Origin: Phormidesmis sp.
GTDB lineage: Bacteria > Cyanobacteriota > Cyanobacteriia > Leptolyngbyales > Leptolyngbyaceae
Reading direction: 5' to 3'
NCBI GenBank assembly: GCA_965248535.1
Contig: CBDFJR010000005.1
Span: forward strand, 96,001-160,000
DNA: 64,000 bases
The number at the start of each line of letters is the position of its first letter. The first letter of the stretch is position 1. Under the pieces are notes generated by a model. That model was not told the DNA's origin and ran no database searches. It worked only from the letters and a program-made list of their open reading frames with translations. Positions 1 to 10,494 of this stretch are shown here, in pieces. The position numbers were made by a program, and so were the translations under genes.

Positions 1-289
1 TTTCCCAACTTGACTTTAAACGGAAGTCAAAATTGTCCAGCCCATCGGTAGCCATCTTGAATGCGCCAGACTTTCTCAACTCGACAGTATCCTTAACGTT
101 GAAACGATGATAAACAGCTTGCTTTAGCTCATCTATCTTCAGAGGCCTTGCTGCTTGATCAAGCCCTCTTTTTGAACTTTGAACTACAAAATAGGCGAAT
201 TCTTCCAGGAGTCTGGCATCAACCTGCTCAACTTTAGAAAGGCGAACTATTTCATCCTGTACCTGTGTAGTCAGAGCTACCTGAACCAT
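1..289 (-). CDS. Hypothetical protein, 5' part only (runs off window start)
   Basis: Hand-translated open frame from ATG at 289: MVQVALTTQVQDEIVRLSKVEQVDARLLEEFAYFVV...FDFRLKSSWE, with no stop before position 1; absent from the ORF track. Confidence 0.6.
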   Translation of the reverse strand, partial: MVQVALTTQVQDEIVRLSKVEQVDARLLEEFAYFVVQSSKRGLDQAARPLKIDELKQAVYHRFNVKDTVELRKSGAFKMATDGLDNFDFRLKSSWE

Positions 290-550
290 GTGATGGAGTA
301 CCACATTTTTTGTTTACCTATGCTAACACGCTTAATTTCTTAAATGGCGATGCTTGATAAACCTGAAGACTTTGATGGGATTTACTAGGTGCAAAAGATG
401 AAGTTGTGAGAGGGCAAACCGGGTCAGTCACGCGATTCATTGCGACACTACTTAAGGATTCATCAAAACTTTATGCACAACTGTCACAACCCGGCCGGAG
501 CTTTATTTGAATTGAGTGATGTTTGAACCATAGCGTTTCTGAATCTACTC

Positions 551-1075
551 ATGTTCAAGATACTCATTGGCATCTCTGCCCTCTCGATCGCATCCAGTCT
601 TTTAATCACCCCACCTGCATCAGCAGCGTCAGACTATGGATGTTATATGGAGATTGGTTCAAAGCGAGTCGTTGATCTGACCCGATCAATCTGCGGGTTC
701 AACGCCGAACAAGCTGCTAAAGACTACCAAAAAGATTCTGCTTATCTCAAAGCGATCAGAAAAGTGTTGCAGCAAAATTCTTATGGCAGCCGTTCGGTCA
801 AAAATCTGGTTGAAGCGAACCCAGGGGCGTTGACCAGCGCGGCTAGAAACTATTGTCAAGCTCGACAAAGCGGCAAGTCTGATAGCGAAATCATGGAAAA
901 CACCTATCGAGACGCAGCAGACTCTATAGGCATGGAAACCCGCAACCCTAAAAACCGCCAAGAAGCCGAACGACTTCAGCAACAAATGGAAGATGCTATT
1001 GTTCCGACTCAGATTGCAATGTCACTGGCTTCTCAACATTACTGTCCTCAAGTGAACCACCGATCGCCGCGATAA
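551..1075 (+). CDS. Hypothetical secreted protein
   Basis: 174-aa ORF with signal-peptide-like N-terminus ending in ASA, and paired Cys residues. Confidence 0.7.
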   Translation: MFKILIGISALSIASSLLITPPASAASDYGCYMEIGSKRVVDLTRSICGFNAEQAAKDYQKDSAYLKAIRKVLQQNSYGSRSVKNLVEANPGALTSAARNYCQARQSGKSDSEIMENTYRDAADSIGMETRNPKNRQEAERLQQQMEDAIVPTQIAMSLASQHYCPQVNHRSPR

Positions 1076-1142
1076 TTGCCCCTTGAGTCCCGTTTCACCT
1101 CGCACTCTGTAGTAGGCTTAGAAACGGGAACTCTGGTATCGT

Positions 1143-2564
1143 ATGACTCCTTCTCCAGCCCTTCACAAACCCTCTCGCCACAAAAATCTTTGGTTTGAGC
1201 GAGTCATGGCGATCGTAGCCACCGCTAATCTAGGACTTGTCGCCTTTGATCTAACTTATGTGCAATGGCGCGATCTCTGGTTTCGTCATGTGCCCGTCGT
1301 GACGCAGTGGTATGACCCCGTTAAAGGCATTGAACCTCATCGGGATACGGTGCAATATCTGCAAGCTGTTGATGCTTTGAAACAGGAACTTCAGCAGGGT
1401 GGACTGCAAACTCCGCAAGTGGCGCAGAGGCTGCAAGACTTGCGTGATCGCAGCACTGAGATGATTCAAACCAACCCGTTTGCGACGGCTAATAAGAGCG
1501 GTGGACTGGAGAAGATTAAAAATCGCCTTCGAGAGAAAATCTTTGGGCAACGTCGCGACCAATCGGCGCGAGAGGCGTTTAACCAGTTTTGGAGTGTAGG
1601 CTATCTTCAGCAAAAGGGCGTTGATCAAGAACTGAAATTCTTCGATCGCGAGATTCGTCCGTTAATCGCCGTTAATTATTATCGAACGATCTCAGAAAAT
1701 GGCGAATTCACCGATCGGTTTTGGCAACTCGATCTGCCGTTTATCGCTCTCTTCGGGCTGGAGTTCTTAGCACGAACGTTTTATCTCAGCCGCAGACATC
1801 AGAGTTTAAGTTGGTTTGATGCCATGCTGTGGCGCTGGTATGACGTGTTTTTGCTCTTACCTGTCTGGCGTTTGCTGCGAGTCATTCCCGTAGGGTTGCG
1901 GCTAGAGCAAGCTGGTTTTTTGAGCTGGGAGCGCATTCGTACCCAAGCCAGTCAAGGGCTGATTTCTAACATTTCAGAAGAACTGGCAGAGGTGGTGGTG
2001 GCGCAGGTGATCGATCGGGTGCAGTCTTCTATCGATCGGGGAGAACTGGCCCGATGGCTGGCTCAAACTGCGTCTCGTCCTTATGTTGACATCAATCAGC
2101 GCGATGAGATTCAAGAACTCACAAGCCATTTGATCAAACTGACAGTGTATAGAGTGCTTCCTAAAGTTAAACCAGATCTAGAGGCGCTATTGCGGCACAA
2201 CATTGAAGCTATTCTCAACCAATCTCCGGTTTATCAGGGGTTAAAAGCGGTGCCGCTGATTGGTGATTTGCCAAGACAGATCAATGAGCGATTAGTTGCA
2301 GATGTGACCGAAGGCGCTTATGGCGCGATCGTAGCAGCGTTAGAAGATCAAGCGGGAACTAAGTTGATCAACCAATTGATTAAGAATTTTGGGCAAGCGT
2401 TGACGAGTGAGATTAGCGATCAGCGATCGCTTCAAGAAGTGCAGTCGTTGATCAGTGATTTGCTAGAGGAAGTCAAGGTGAACTATGTGCGGCGCTGGTC
2501 GAGTGAAGATGTTGAAGGCATTTTAGAAGAAGCGAGACAGGTGCGGCAGATCGATAGACGGTAG
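1143..2564 (+). CDS. Membrane protein with voltage-sensor/ion-transport-like helices and a long soluble C-terminus
   Basis: 473 aa; segments WFERVMAIVATANLGLVAFD, FIALFGLEFLAR, WYDVFLLLP and RLLRVIPVGLRL. Confidence 0.7.
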   Translation: MTPSPALHKPSRHKNLWFERVMAIVATANLGLVAFDLTYVQWRDLWFRHVPVVTQWYDPVKGIEPHRDTVQYLQAVDALKQELQQGGLQTPQVAQRLQDLRDRSTEMIQTNPFATANKSGGLEKIKNRLREKIFGQRRDQSAREAFNQFWSVGYLQQKGVDQELKFFDREIRPLIAVNYYRTISENGEFTDRFWQLDLPFIALFGLEFLARTFYLSRRHQSLSWFDAMLWRWYDVFLLLPVWRLLRVIPVGLRLEQAGFLSWERIRTQASQGLISNISEELAEVVVAQVIDRVQSSIDRGELARWLAQTASRPYVDINQRDEIQELTSHLIKLTVYRVLPKVKPDLEALLRHNIEAILNQSPVYQGLKAVPLIGDLPRQINERLVADVTEGAYGAIVAALEDQAGTKLINQLIKNFGQALTSEISDQRSLQEVQSLISDLLEEVKVNYVRRWSSEDVEGILEEARQVRQIDRR

Positions 2565-2688
2565 GCAAGATTCAATTAAACGGAGACTCGAATTTTGGGG
2601 ACTAGAGATTGCTACCGTTCGTTAACATAGAGGGCAAAGCACTGCCGTGCCCCTAGGTTGACTTTGGTTTTTTAATCCTGAGGTTTTT

Positions 2689-4086
2689 TTAATCTTGGGG
2701 ACTGAGCATTTGCTCTGGTCGCACGATCGAGTCGAATTCTTCGCCCGTCAAATAGCCTAATGCAACACAAGCCTCTCGCAGGGTTGAATTGTCTTGATAG
2801 GCTTTTTTGGCGACTTGAGCCGAGCGATCATAACCAATTTTTGGATTCAACGCAGTCACTAGCATTAATGAGTTAGTGAGAAAAGAGTCAATGCGATCGC
2901 GATTGGGCTGAATGCCAACGACCATGTGATTGGTAAACGAAGCACACGCGTCAGAGAGCAGCCGAATGGAATGCAAAAGATTGTGAATGAGGACGGGTTT
3001 GAAAACGTTTAATTCAAAGTTGCCTTGACTTCCGGCGAACCCGATCGCGGCATCGTTACCCATCACTTGCACACACACCATCGTCATCGCTTCGCACTGA
3101 GTTGGGTTAACCTTTCCCGGCATGATCGATGATCCAGGTTCGTTAGCCGGAAGGATTAATTCTGCCAATCCGCAGCGCGGGCCAGAACCCATCCAGCGTA
3201 AGTCATTAGCGATTTTCATCAACGTGCAGGCCAGCGTTTTGAGGGTGCCACTCGCAGCCACGATCGCATCATGGGCGGCCAAGGCTGCAAATTTATTGGG
3301 CGCACTCACAAAAGGCAATCCGGTGAGTTTAGCGATTTCTGCCGCCGATCGCTCCGCAAATTCAGGATGTGTATTCAGCCCGGTGCCGACGGCGGTGCCC
3401 CCGATCGCGAGTTGATAAAGCTCTGGCAGGGTTGCTTTGATGCGCTGCAAGCTTTGATCGAGTTGGGCCACATAGCCAGAAAATTCTTGACCCAACGTGA
3501 GCGGAACGGCATCCATTAAGTGAGTGCGACCAATTTTAATGATCTCGTCAAACTGATTAGATTTAATTAGTAACGCATCGCGCAACGCGGTCACCATTGG
3601 AATTAAACGCTGATGGATTACTTCTACGGCGGCTATGTGCATCGCTGTCGGAAACGTATCGTTAGATGACTGAGACATATTAACGTGATCATTGGGATGA
3701 ACAGGAATTTTGCTGCCCAACACGCCGTTTGCAAGCTCGATCGCTCGATTAGAAATCACCTCATTGGCATTCATATTAGTCTGAGTGCCGCTCCCGGTTT
3801 GCCATACACTCAATGGGAAATGATCGTCTAACTGCCCTGTGATCACTTCGTCAGCCGCCTGAATGATCAGATCGGTGGTGTCGTTTGGCAGTTTTCCCAA
3901 GTCTTGGTTGACCGTTGCAGCAGCGCGTTTGAGCACGCCAAATGCTCGAATTAATTCTCTCGGCATGGTGTCATGCCCGATCGCAAAATAGATCAGCGAT
4001 CGCTGCGTCTGTGCGCCCCAATAGCGATCGGTGGGAACCGCGATCGTGCCCATGCTATCTGTTTCAGTTCGAGTTTCACCAGCCAT
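2689..4086 (-). CDS. fumC: Class II fumarate hydratase
   Basis: [15 protein letters not shown] signature, plus [13 protein letters not shown] and [21 protein letters not shown]. Confidence 0.97.
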   Translation of the reverse strand: MAGETRTETDSMGTIAVPTDRYWGAQTQRSLIYFAIGHDTMPRELIRAFGVLKRAAATVNQDLGKLPNDTTDLIIQAADEVITGQLDDHFPLSVWQTGSGTQTNMNANEVISNRAIELANGVLGSKIPVHPNDHVNMSQSSNDTFPTAMHIAAVEVIHQRLIPMVTALRDALLIKSNQFDEIIKIGRTHLMDAVPLTLGQEFSGYVAQLDQSLQRIKATLPELYQLAIGGTAVGTGLNTHPEFAERSAAEIAKLTGLPFVSAPNKFAALAAHDAIVAASGTLKTLACTLMKIANDLRWMGSGPRCGLAELILPANEPGSSIMPGKVNPTQCEAMTMVCVQVMGNDAAIGFAGSQGNFELNVFKPVLIHNLLHSIRLLSDACASFTNHMVVGIQPNRDRIDSFLTNSLMLVTALNPKIGYDRSAQVAKKAYQDNSTLREACVALGYLTGEEFDSIVRPEQMLSPQD

Positions 4087-4202
4087 CAGTTCACCCCTCG
4101 TGCTTCATTTCTCATCCTACTGTGTTGTGCTATTGAGATAAAGGAGCAGTCAGATCACCAAGCGTGAGTCTAATTTGTAACTTCGCTTGCCGATCGTTGC
4201 CC

Positions 4203-4226
4203 TTGTAACTACAATGTAATTACATT
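4203..4226. promoter_or_regulatory. Putative TA autoregulatory operator (overlapping palindromes)
   Basis: TTGTAACTACAA (4203-4214, imperfect) overlaps the perfect palindrome AATGTAATTACATT (4213-4226), 21 nt before the antitoxin ATG. Confidence 0.6.
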
Positions 4227-4247
4227 CATTCTTGCAATGATCTTCCT

Positions 4248-4505
4248 ATGAGCGCCAGCATTAGAACTCGAATTGTTAGAATTGGCAACTCTCAAGGAAT
4301 TCGGATTCCCAAAACTCTCTTAGAGCAAAGCGGCATCGATTCAGACGTTGAGATTGAAGTTCAAGGCAATCAGTTGACGGTTCGGGCCGCATCACAGTTA
4401 CGGCATGGCTGGGACACTGCATTTGCAGCCATGGCAGCCCAAGGTGACGACTTGCTTGACGAAACCAGCACAACCGATTGGGATCAGGTCGAGTGGGAGT
4501 GGTAG
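4248..4505 (+). CDS. mazE: AbrB/MazE-family antitoxin
   Basis: IVRIGNSQGIRIPK AbrB motif; acidic C-terminus ending EWEW; overlaps the toxin start. Confidence 0.9.
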   Translation: MSASIRTRIVRIGNSQGIRIPKTLLEQSGIDSDVEIEVQGNQLTVRAASQLRHGWDTAFAAMAAQGDDLLDETSTTDWDQVEWEW

Positions 4506-4822
4506 CCAAGCGATTTGATGTTTTTCTGATTAATCTTGATCCGACTCTGGGCAAGGAGATTCAAAAGACAAGACCCTGCGTTGTCATTTCACCCGACGAA
4601 ATGAATCGCCATATTGCAACCGTGATCATCGCACCGATGACAACCAAAAGTCGAGCCTATCCGACTCGCATTCCTTGCCAATTTCAGGACAAAGCTGGGC
4701 AAATCATTCTCGATCAAATCCGCACGGTCGATAAAACTAGGCTGGTTAAAAAGCTGGGTCAAATCAGTATTAGTGAACAAAAGATAGTGCTTGATACATT
4801 AGCGGAGATATTTGCTGAGTAA
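4499..4822 (+). CDS. mazF: PemK/MazF-family endoribonuclease toxin (start probably GTG 4499 or 4493)
   Basis: LDPTLGKEIQKTRPCVVIS and DQIRTVDKTRL motifs. Confidence 0.92.
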   Translation: MVAKRFDVFLINLDPTLGKEIQKTRPCVVISPDEMNRHIATVIIAPMTTKSRAYPTRIPCQFQDKAGQIILDQIRTVDKTRLVKKLGQISISEQKIVLDTLAEIFAE

Positions 4823-4876
4823 GATCGCCTCCGTTCTCTACCTTTAGTGAAAATTTGAATCGTTAGCGGTTTAGTT

Positions 4877-4905
4877 TGATTCATCAGTTAGATAGTGATG
4901 AATCA
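4877..4905. terminator. Inverted repeat between convergent mazF and protease genes
   Basis: TGATTCATCA-N9-TGATGAATCA perfect 10-bp stem; no clear U-tract. Confidence 0.45.
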
Positions 4906-4923
4906 TGACTCCCATTTCAATAT

Positions 4924-7038
4924 TTAAGCTCCTAGCGTTAGTTTCCACCAGTTTAGCGTTCCAATATCATTTGCGATTTGATCTACGACGCGTAGCTGCC
5001 AGCGTCCTTGAGTGGGTTGACCAAAAAACTTTCTCAGCGTTGGCGTAGTTTGCAGTGAGTAAATCGTTTGTAGTTTTGTCCTACGTCCTAACGTGCGACC
5101 CTGAAGCATGACCACGCTGCCAGACGGCGACACCAGACTAATTTCTAAATCACCTAAATAAGTGTGATCGATATCTAGCGCAACTTGCACATCACGCACG
5201 GTGGCACTGTCGGCAATTTGAATGACGCTTACAATACCTTGCGGATCGTTGTCAGGAATCGCAACACTAGTATTGTTTTGCAACTGAATCGATCGCTGGG
5301 ATGCCGCAATCATCGCCTGTCGCTGCACCGCCGCCCGAACGGCCTTTGCCGCATTGACCTTGCCATAGCCAAACCAGTCACAGCGCCCACTTGACTCATA
5401 GGTGCCCTTGCGTAAACCCAACTGAGGGTCAGCATCACTATCGACAATTTTATCGGCGGTTTGCTGCAAAATTTGTCTCACATCTTGAGCCGTTAGATCA
5501 GGATTTGCCGACAGCACTAATGCCGCAACTCCGGCGACCAGAGGCGTTGCGCTCGACGTGCCGCCAAAATCAGACGTGAAACTACTCGCATCATATCCAG
5601 CCGCGTCAACCCGATCGGTGGTGAATATGCCCAACCCCTGAAGCTGGACGTTAATTTGTGGCGGCGTTGCCACATAGCCTAAGTCGGGCAGCCCCACGCC
5701 GGGCGGCGCATTGTTGCTGGGCGCACAGACCGAAATCTCGCCCCCCCAATTGCTGTAGGCGGCTTTTTTGCTCAAACTCGTGCAGGCTGAAATCGTCAGC
5801 ACATCGGGGTGAACGGTGAACCCGCCTAGCCACTGGGTAGCCCCACTCAAGGCATTGCGCTCCCAGCCCGACTCATTAACCGTGCCATTGGTCGGACGAT
5901 TGGCATTGCCTGCCGCAAACACAATCACGCAGCCTTTGCCGTTGCGTCCCTCGGTGGCGGCGCGAGTTAAAGCCGCCCGTTGCCGCAGCGAGAGCGGGAA
6001 GTAAACCGCACTGGGGCCCCAGCTACAGGAGATCACCGCCGCGCCTTTGGTCGTCGCCCAGTCAAACAGAGTCTCGATCGCGTCATCATCTAAAAAGCCC
6101 GTCGTCCTAATCGGCATCAGCGCACAGCCCGGAGCCGCCCCCACTACGCCAAACCCATTTTCTTCAGCGACGGCAACCCCCGCGCACGAGGTGCCGTGAT
6201 CTTCTCCAGCTTCATCGGGGTCTGGGTCAAAATCATCGCCCTTGAAGTCTCTCGGCGCAACGATTTTGCCGACTCCTTGAAAATCGGGATGCTTCAGATC
6301 CATGCCATCATCCATGACGGCCACCACGATCGAGCGACTGCCCCGCGTCACATCCCAGGCTTGCTCGGCAAATATATGAGAACCCGATGCTAAACCAGCC
6401 CCCCCGGTGTGATTGAGGTGCCACTGTTTGGCATAGAGGGGATCTTTGGGTCGATAGTGCGATTGGGCTTTGATGATCACGTTCGGTTCGGCGGTCATCA
6501 CGTCGGGGCGAGCGATCAGCCGATTGGTGATCTTCATCGGGTTTTCTTTAGCCGCAGCGGTGAGTTCAAACACAAAAGCGTTGCTGACTCCCGCGATCGC
6601 TTTCCCTTGCTTAAGTCCCAACTCTGAGGTGAGAGCGGCGATCGTCTCGGCCTTGACCGTCGGCGCAAACTGAATCGTGATCTGATTGGTGAGATAAATG
6701 CGCGAAGCTGGATTATTTTTGACCTGATAGACGTGGCTGGCATATTCCACCGTGTCGGCTTGGCGCACGTCGTTGAGCACCTGATCTTTTTGAGCAGGAT
6801 TGACCACAAACTCAGTCAACTCAGGCGGCGCAACGCCCGGCGCAACCTGAGCCGGAAATCGATTGGCTAAATCTCTCGCCTGCTGCCCCGACCCGGCATG
6901 AACGGTGAAGCGATCGTCCACTTTTTCTAACAGTAACTCTTCTCCCCCGCGCTGAAGAATTTTGCCCCGACTCTCTTCAGAGACGCTGGCATTGGCGGGA
7001 CTGTTTTGAGCAGACGGCACATTAGAGGAGTTAGTCAT
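4924..7038 (-). CDS. S8 subtilisin-like serine protease with C-terminal proprotein-convertase P domain
   Basis: Triad motifs VAVMDDG, HGTSCAG and GGTSSATP; oxyanion AAGN; P-domain HTYLGDLEISLVSPSG...GRWQLRVVD. Confidence 0.92.
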   Translation of the reverse strand: MTNSSNVPSAQNSPANASVSEESRGKILQRGGEELLLEKVDDRFTVHAGSGQQARDLANRFPAQVAPGVAPPELTEFVVNPAQKDQVLNDVRQADTVEYASHVYQVKNNPASRIYLTNQITIQFAPTVKAETIAALTSELGLKQGKAIAGVSNAFVFELTAAAKENPMKITNRLIARPDVMTAEPNVIIKAQSHYRPKDPLYAKQWHLNHTGGAGLASGSHIFAEQAWDVTRGSRSIVVAVMDDGMDLKHPDFQGVGKIVAPRDFKGDDFDPDPDEAGEDHGTSCAGVAVAEENGFGVVGAAPGCALMPIRTTGFLDDDAIETLFDWATTKGAAVISCSWGPSAVYFPLSLRQRAALTRAATEGRNGKGCVIVFAAGNANRPTNGTVNESGWERNALSGATQWLGGFTVHPDVLTISACTSLSKKAAYSNWGGEISVCAPSNNAPPGVGLPDLGYVATPPQINVQLQGLGIFTTDRVDAAGYDASSFTSDFGGTSSATPLVAGVAALVLSANPDLTAQDVRQILQQTADKIVDSDADPQLGLRKGTYESSGRCDWFGYGKVNAAKAVRAAVQRQAMIAASQRSIQLQNNTSVAIPDNDPQGIVSVIQIADSATVRDVQVALDIDHTYLGDLEISLVSPSGSVVMLQGRTLGRRTKLQTIYSLQTTPTLRKFFGQPTQGRWQLRVVDQIANDIGTLNWWKLTLGA

Positions 7039-7233
7039 AGATGCCTCGTAAGATCGGATTGCAACGGGAGGAGATCGGAACTTTTTAAGAAGATTTTCGT
7101 CGAGACAACCCAGCTATAAATCAGCGCGGTTGGGGGTTGTCCTTGAGTAGCGATCGTACTGTGAAAGAGTCGCGTAATGATAAGATAGCCAGAGTCTAAA
7201 TTTGTCGTCTTCCTGTAATATAAAAGGTCATTC

Positions 7234-7818
7234 ATGGTAGCTGCTGGAACTGTTCGTCGCCTTTATCTCCCAGGATTGATTTCGCTGTCAGTTCTGGCAA
7301 GTTTGACTTTGACCAGACCCGTAGGTGCCCAAACTCCTGCACCTTCAACCCCGCCGGGCACCCTTCAGCCCGATAATGAGTCCCTCCGAGTCCAAAACGA
7401 TAGCCTTCTCAGTGCTCAGGGTGGGCAACGGCTGATGGATGAGGCCACCAAAGCCGTCAATAGTCAAAATTATCCGTTAGCCACCAAAAAGCTGCAAGAA
7501 GCCCGCCAGGTGTTTAACCAGCTTTCCAATTTCTATCAAGAATTGGCGACTAGCTTCTCTGGAATTGACAACCGGGTGGCAGACAGCCAACGCAAAAAGG
7601 CGCTGCAAGCGGCTCAAATGCGCGATCAATCCACTTATCAGTTGGCGCTGGTGCATCGTGCCCAAAACCAGCCAGAACTGGCGGTGCCGCTGCTGGTTCA
7701 AATCATTCGCAGTCAACAGCCGACCCGCGATCTGGGTCAAAAATCCTATCAGCAGCTTTTAGAGATTGGCTTTGTAGACGCGCCGTTTCCTAACCGCGCC
7801 AATCAGCCGACTAAATAG
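7234..7818 (+). CDS. Conserved exported helical (TPR-like) protein
   Basis: Signal-peptide-like N-terminus; helical pattern YQLALVHRAQNQPELAVPLL. Confidence 0.7.
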   Translation: MVAAGTVRRLYLPGLISLSVLASLTLTRPVGAQTPAPSTPPGTLQPDNESLRVQNDSLLSAQGGQRLMDEATKAVNSQNYPLATKKLQEARQVFNQLSNFYQELATSFSGIDNRVADSQRKKALQAAQMRDQSTYQLALVHRAQNQPELAVPLLVQIIRSQQPTRDLGQKSYQQLLEIGFVDAPFPNRANQPTK

Positions 7819-7856
7819 CGATCGGGCAATCTTGTAGGGGCGCTACCTCTACAAGA

Positions 7857-8744
7857 TTACTGATTTTTCTCTAACCAACCTCTCAGTAGCGCTGTCACAG
7901 CCCCCGGTTGTTCGAGGTGGGCTAGCACGCCTGCTTGGGGTAAAACCTGAAAATCGCGCACAGCCTGCGGATTCAGTTGCGCCAACCGCTGCCCCAATGC
8001 TGCGGTGGTGAACTGCGCCGACTCTCCCCACAAAATCGACGTGGGCACCCTTAATTGAGACAAATAAAGGGACAGATCGAAATAAAGATCGCCGCGCAAA
8101 AATGCCAGGGCAGAATATTCGGCGTTGGGCTGTTGAGCAGAGTCTAAATAAGCTGCCACCATTTCATCGGTGATGCGAGTCCGATCGCTAAACAAAAACT
8201 GTTCTAAAAAGTTGCGGACGGCAATTTCATTCGTCGCGCCGATCGTGTAGATAAAGCGATCGAGCACAGGCGTATTAATAATTTGCAAAGGAATTCTGCG
8301 CCCTGCCCCTTGCCCAAAATCGTCAAACCCCGACGGGCAGACGAGATAAAGCGACTGAAAGAGCGCTGGTTTTTGCACCGCTAGCCGAATCGCGATCGCG
8401 CCCATCAGCGATGATGCCACCACGGTTACAGGCGAAGACGAAACTTGCTGGATCAGTTCGGCGATCGTGGTTAGATAATCTTCAACTCGATAGTCTCGCG
8501 TTGGGTGGGCAGAGTGACCCCAGCCGATCAAATCGGGGGCGATGACGCGATGGGTGTTGGCAAAAGCCGCATACACTTTTGACCATTCATAAGCCGACGA
8601 TCCGCCCCCAAAGCTGTGGAGAAACACAACAGTTGGCCGAGAATCGGCGATCGTCCACGGTGCCCCGGTTTGCGTGTAGTAAGCGATCGTGCCCAACGCA
8701 GTCGGACTATTTTTTTGACCAAAACCCGGTGGCTGAAATCCCAT
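7857..8744 (-). CDS. Alpha/beta fold hydrolase
   Basis: FLHSFGGG, APDLIGWGHS, ASSLMG elbow and C-terminal HLEQP. Confidence 0.88.
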   Translation of the reverse strand: MGFQPPGFGQKNSPTALGTIAYYTQTGAPWTIADSRPTVVFLHSFGGGSSAYEWSKVYAAFANTHRVIAPDLIGWGHSAHPTRDYRVEDYLTTIAELIQQVSSSPVTVVASSLMGAIAIRLAVQKPALFQSLYLVCPSGFDDFGQGAGRRIPLQIINTPVLDRFIYTIGATNEIAVRNFLEQFLFSDRTRITDEMVAAYLDSAQQPNAEYSALAFLRGDLYFDLSLYLSQLRVPTSILWGESAQFTTAALGQRLAQLNPQAVRDFQVLPQAGVLAHLEQPGAVTALLRGWLEKNQ

Positions 8745-8858
8745 GCTGCTCTATCACACTCTGCCTTTGGAGATTAACGCAGTTTTAGGGCAGAAGATCA
8801 TCGCTCGATCGCTAGATTCGTTAAGCTGAAGATCGTTTAGTTCGACGAGGACAAGCAA

Positions 8859-9524
8859 ATGGCTCAATGGGATGCAGGTCGATTTGTGCAAACCCTGGCA
8901 TACTTTGAGGTGATTCCTCTGATTAGCTGGCTGCAAAAAATGTTTCAAAGCGGCACTCCTGCTCAACCCAATCCCCAATCAGACGTGCTGTTTGACTTTA
9001 GCAATCCGTCGGGCACGATTAATTTGTGGGGAGCTTTAGACGATGTGGTGATGGGCGGCGTAAGCGCCAGTTCGTTTCAGCAGGGCGATCGGGCGGCGCT
9101 GTTTACGGGCAATGTCTCGACTGAGAATTCGGGGGGGTTTGCCTCGGTTCGGACTCGCAACTTTGAGCCTGCGGTGGATCTTTCGGGCTGCGAAGGCATT
9201 GAACTGCGCGTTAAGGGCGATGGCAACCGCTATAAGTTTCTCGCCCGTGATGATGAGAAGTGGGATAGCATCGCCTATTCCTACTCGTTTGACACCGTGG
9301 CCGATGAGTGGATCACGGTTAACATCCCGTTTTCAGAATTGGTTCCGGCTTTTCGGGCAAAAACGCTGAAAGATGCCAGCCCGATCGCGCCCCAACATCT
9401 CCGATCGCTGCAACTGATGCTGAGTAAATTTGAGTATGACGGAGGACTCAATCCCAAATTTACTCCCGGCACGTTTCGCTTATACGTCTCGACCATCAAG
9501 GCCTACCGCAGTTTTAACGGTTAG
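8859..9524 (+). CDS. CIA30 (complex I intermediate-associated) family protein
   Basis: WGALDDVVMGGVS, GGFASVR, LRVKGDG and LSKFEYDG motifs. Confidence 0.88.
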   Translation: MAQWDAGRFVQTLAYFEVIPLISWLQKMFQSGTPAQPNPQSDVLFDFSNPSGTINLWGALDDVVMGGVSASSFQQGDRAALFTGNVSTENSGGFASVRTRNFEPAVDLSGCEGIELRVKGDGNRYKFLARDDEKWDSIAYSYSFDTVADEWITVNIPFSELVPAFRAKTLKDASPIAPQHLRSLQLMLSKFEYDGGLNPKFTPGTFRLYVSTIKAYRSFNG

Positions 9525-10317
9525 ACCCCTTCGGGCGATTCATTCCTTGAGCGATGGCTTCTGCTATCCCAGCTTCTTGAAAGCAAATGGCAAACATCTG
9601 CACAGAGTCAAGGGTTGGGACAATTTTTTTGGTTTGCGTGGTGCTCATTCCGGGTGCTGTACAAAAATTGCTCGTGACAGCAGCATACTCGTCCGGCGTT
9701 CCGATCAAGTTCTCAAACTTGGTAGGGTTTTGGAGAAAGGGCCGCGATCGCTGCAAAATCCGATCCGCTAAATAGCTAGCAGATTGAGTAGAGCCTTTGG
9801 GCAAAAGACCTGGCTTAACAGCCGTGATAGCGACAAAACCCTGCACGAGTTGTCGGAGCTTGCCGCTTGCTTCCAAAGAGTTAACAACGGTGGTAAGCAT
9901 TTCGGGCTTATAGTTAGCATTCGATTTCACCCCCACTTGAAACCCCAGCAGAAGACCAGCAGTTTCAAAGTCTGTCAAAGTGCTGACATACGTCGTGAAT
10001 TTTACTGGAGATTTGCGCCAACCGTTGCCGCAGATGATCGAGCCATCACGATCGGCTCCTGCCGCTAGATTGACCCCTCCCTGTTTTATACAAGCATTGA
10101 GAGTGGCTTGAATGTCGGGCGAAAACATCTGATCTAACTTCTGTTCGGCTGAAAGCGCTGATGATTGAGTGGGCTTTGCAACCGCAACACTTCCGAGAAA
10201 AGAGGCGATAGACAGTGACCCTAAGATTATGGCTAGAGAGACTCTGACGGGCAGGCTTGACGATCGGGCAGACTTGACAAAATTCACGGTCTGTTGGGCA
10301 GCGATTGAGAAACTCAT
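9514..10317 (-). CDS. Hypothetical exported protein
   Basis: 267-aa ORF with hydrophobic N-terminal segment ending AVA; four Cys. Confidence 0.65.
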   Translation of the reverse strand: MSFSIAAQQTVNFVKSARSSSLPVRVSLAIILGSLSIASFLGSVAVAKPTQSSALSAEQKLDQMFSPDIQATLNACIKQGGVNLAAGADRDGSIICGNGWRKSPVKFTTYVSTLTDFETAGLLLGFQVGVKSNANYKPEMLTTVVNSLEASGKLRQLVQGFVAITAVKPGLLPKGSTQSASYLADRILQRSRPFLQNPTKFENLIGTPDEYAAVTSNFCTAPGMSTTQTKKIVPTLDSVQMFAICFQEAGIAEAIAQGMNRPKGSNR

Positions 10318-10494
10318 AGCGTAAAATGCAGTGACATAAAGAACCTTATCCGCATCATACTGAGTAACTGATAGGACGTGCTTGCGTATTGTTCGTTAAG
10401 TGATGGGCGGCGATCGGTTCCCTCATCGCTTGCCCCAATCCCCTGCCCTCAGTAAAATGCCAGTGCTACCTTTGCCAAAACTGCCGCCCTTCCC

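Noticed and set aside
9514..10317. Restriction endonuclease partner for the methyltransferase
   Set aside because: Has an export-signal-like N-terminus and no nuclease motif
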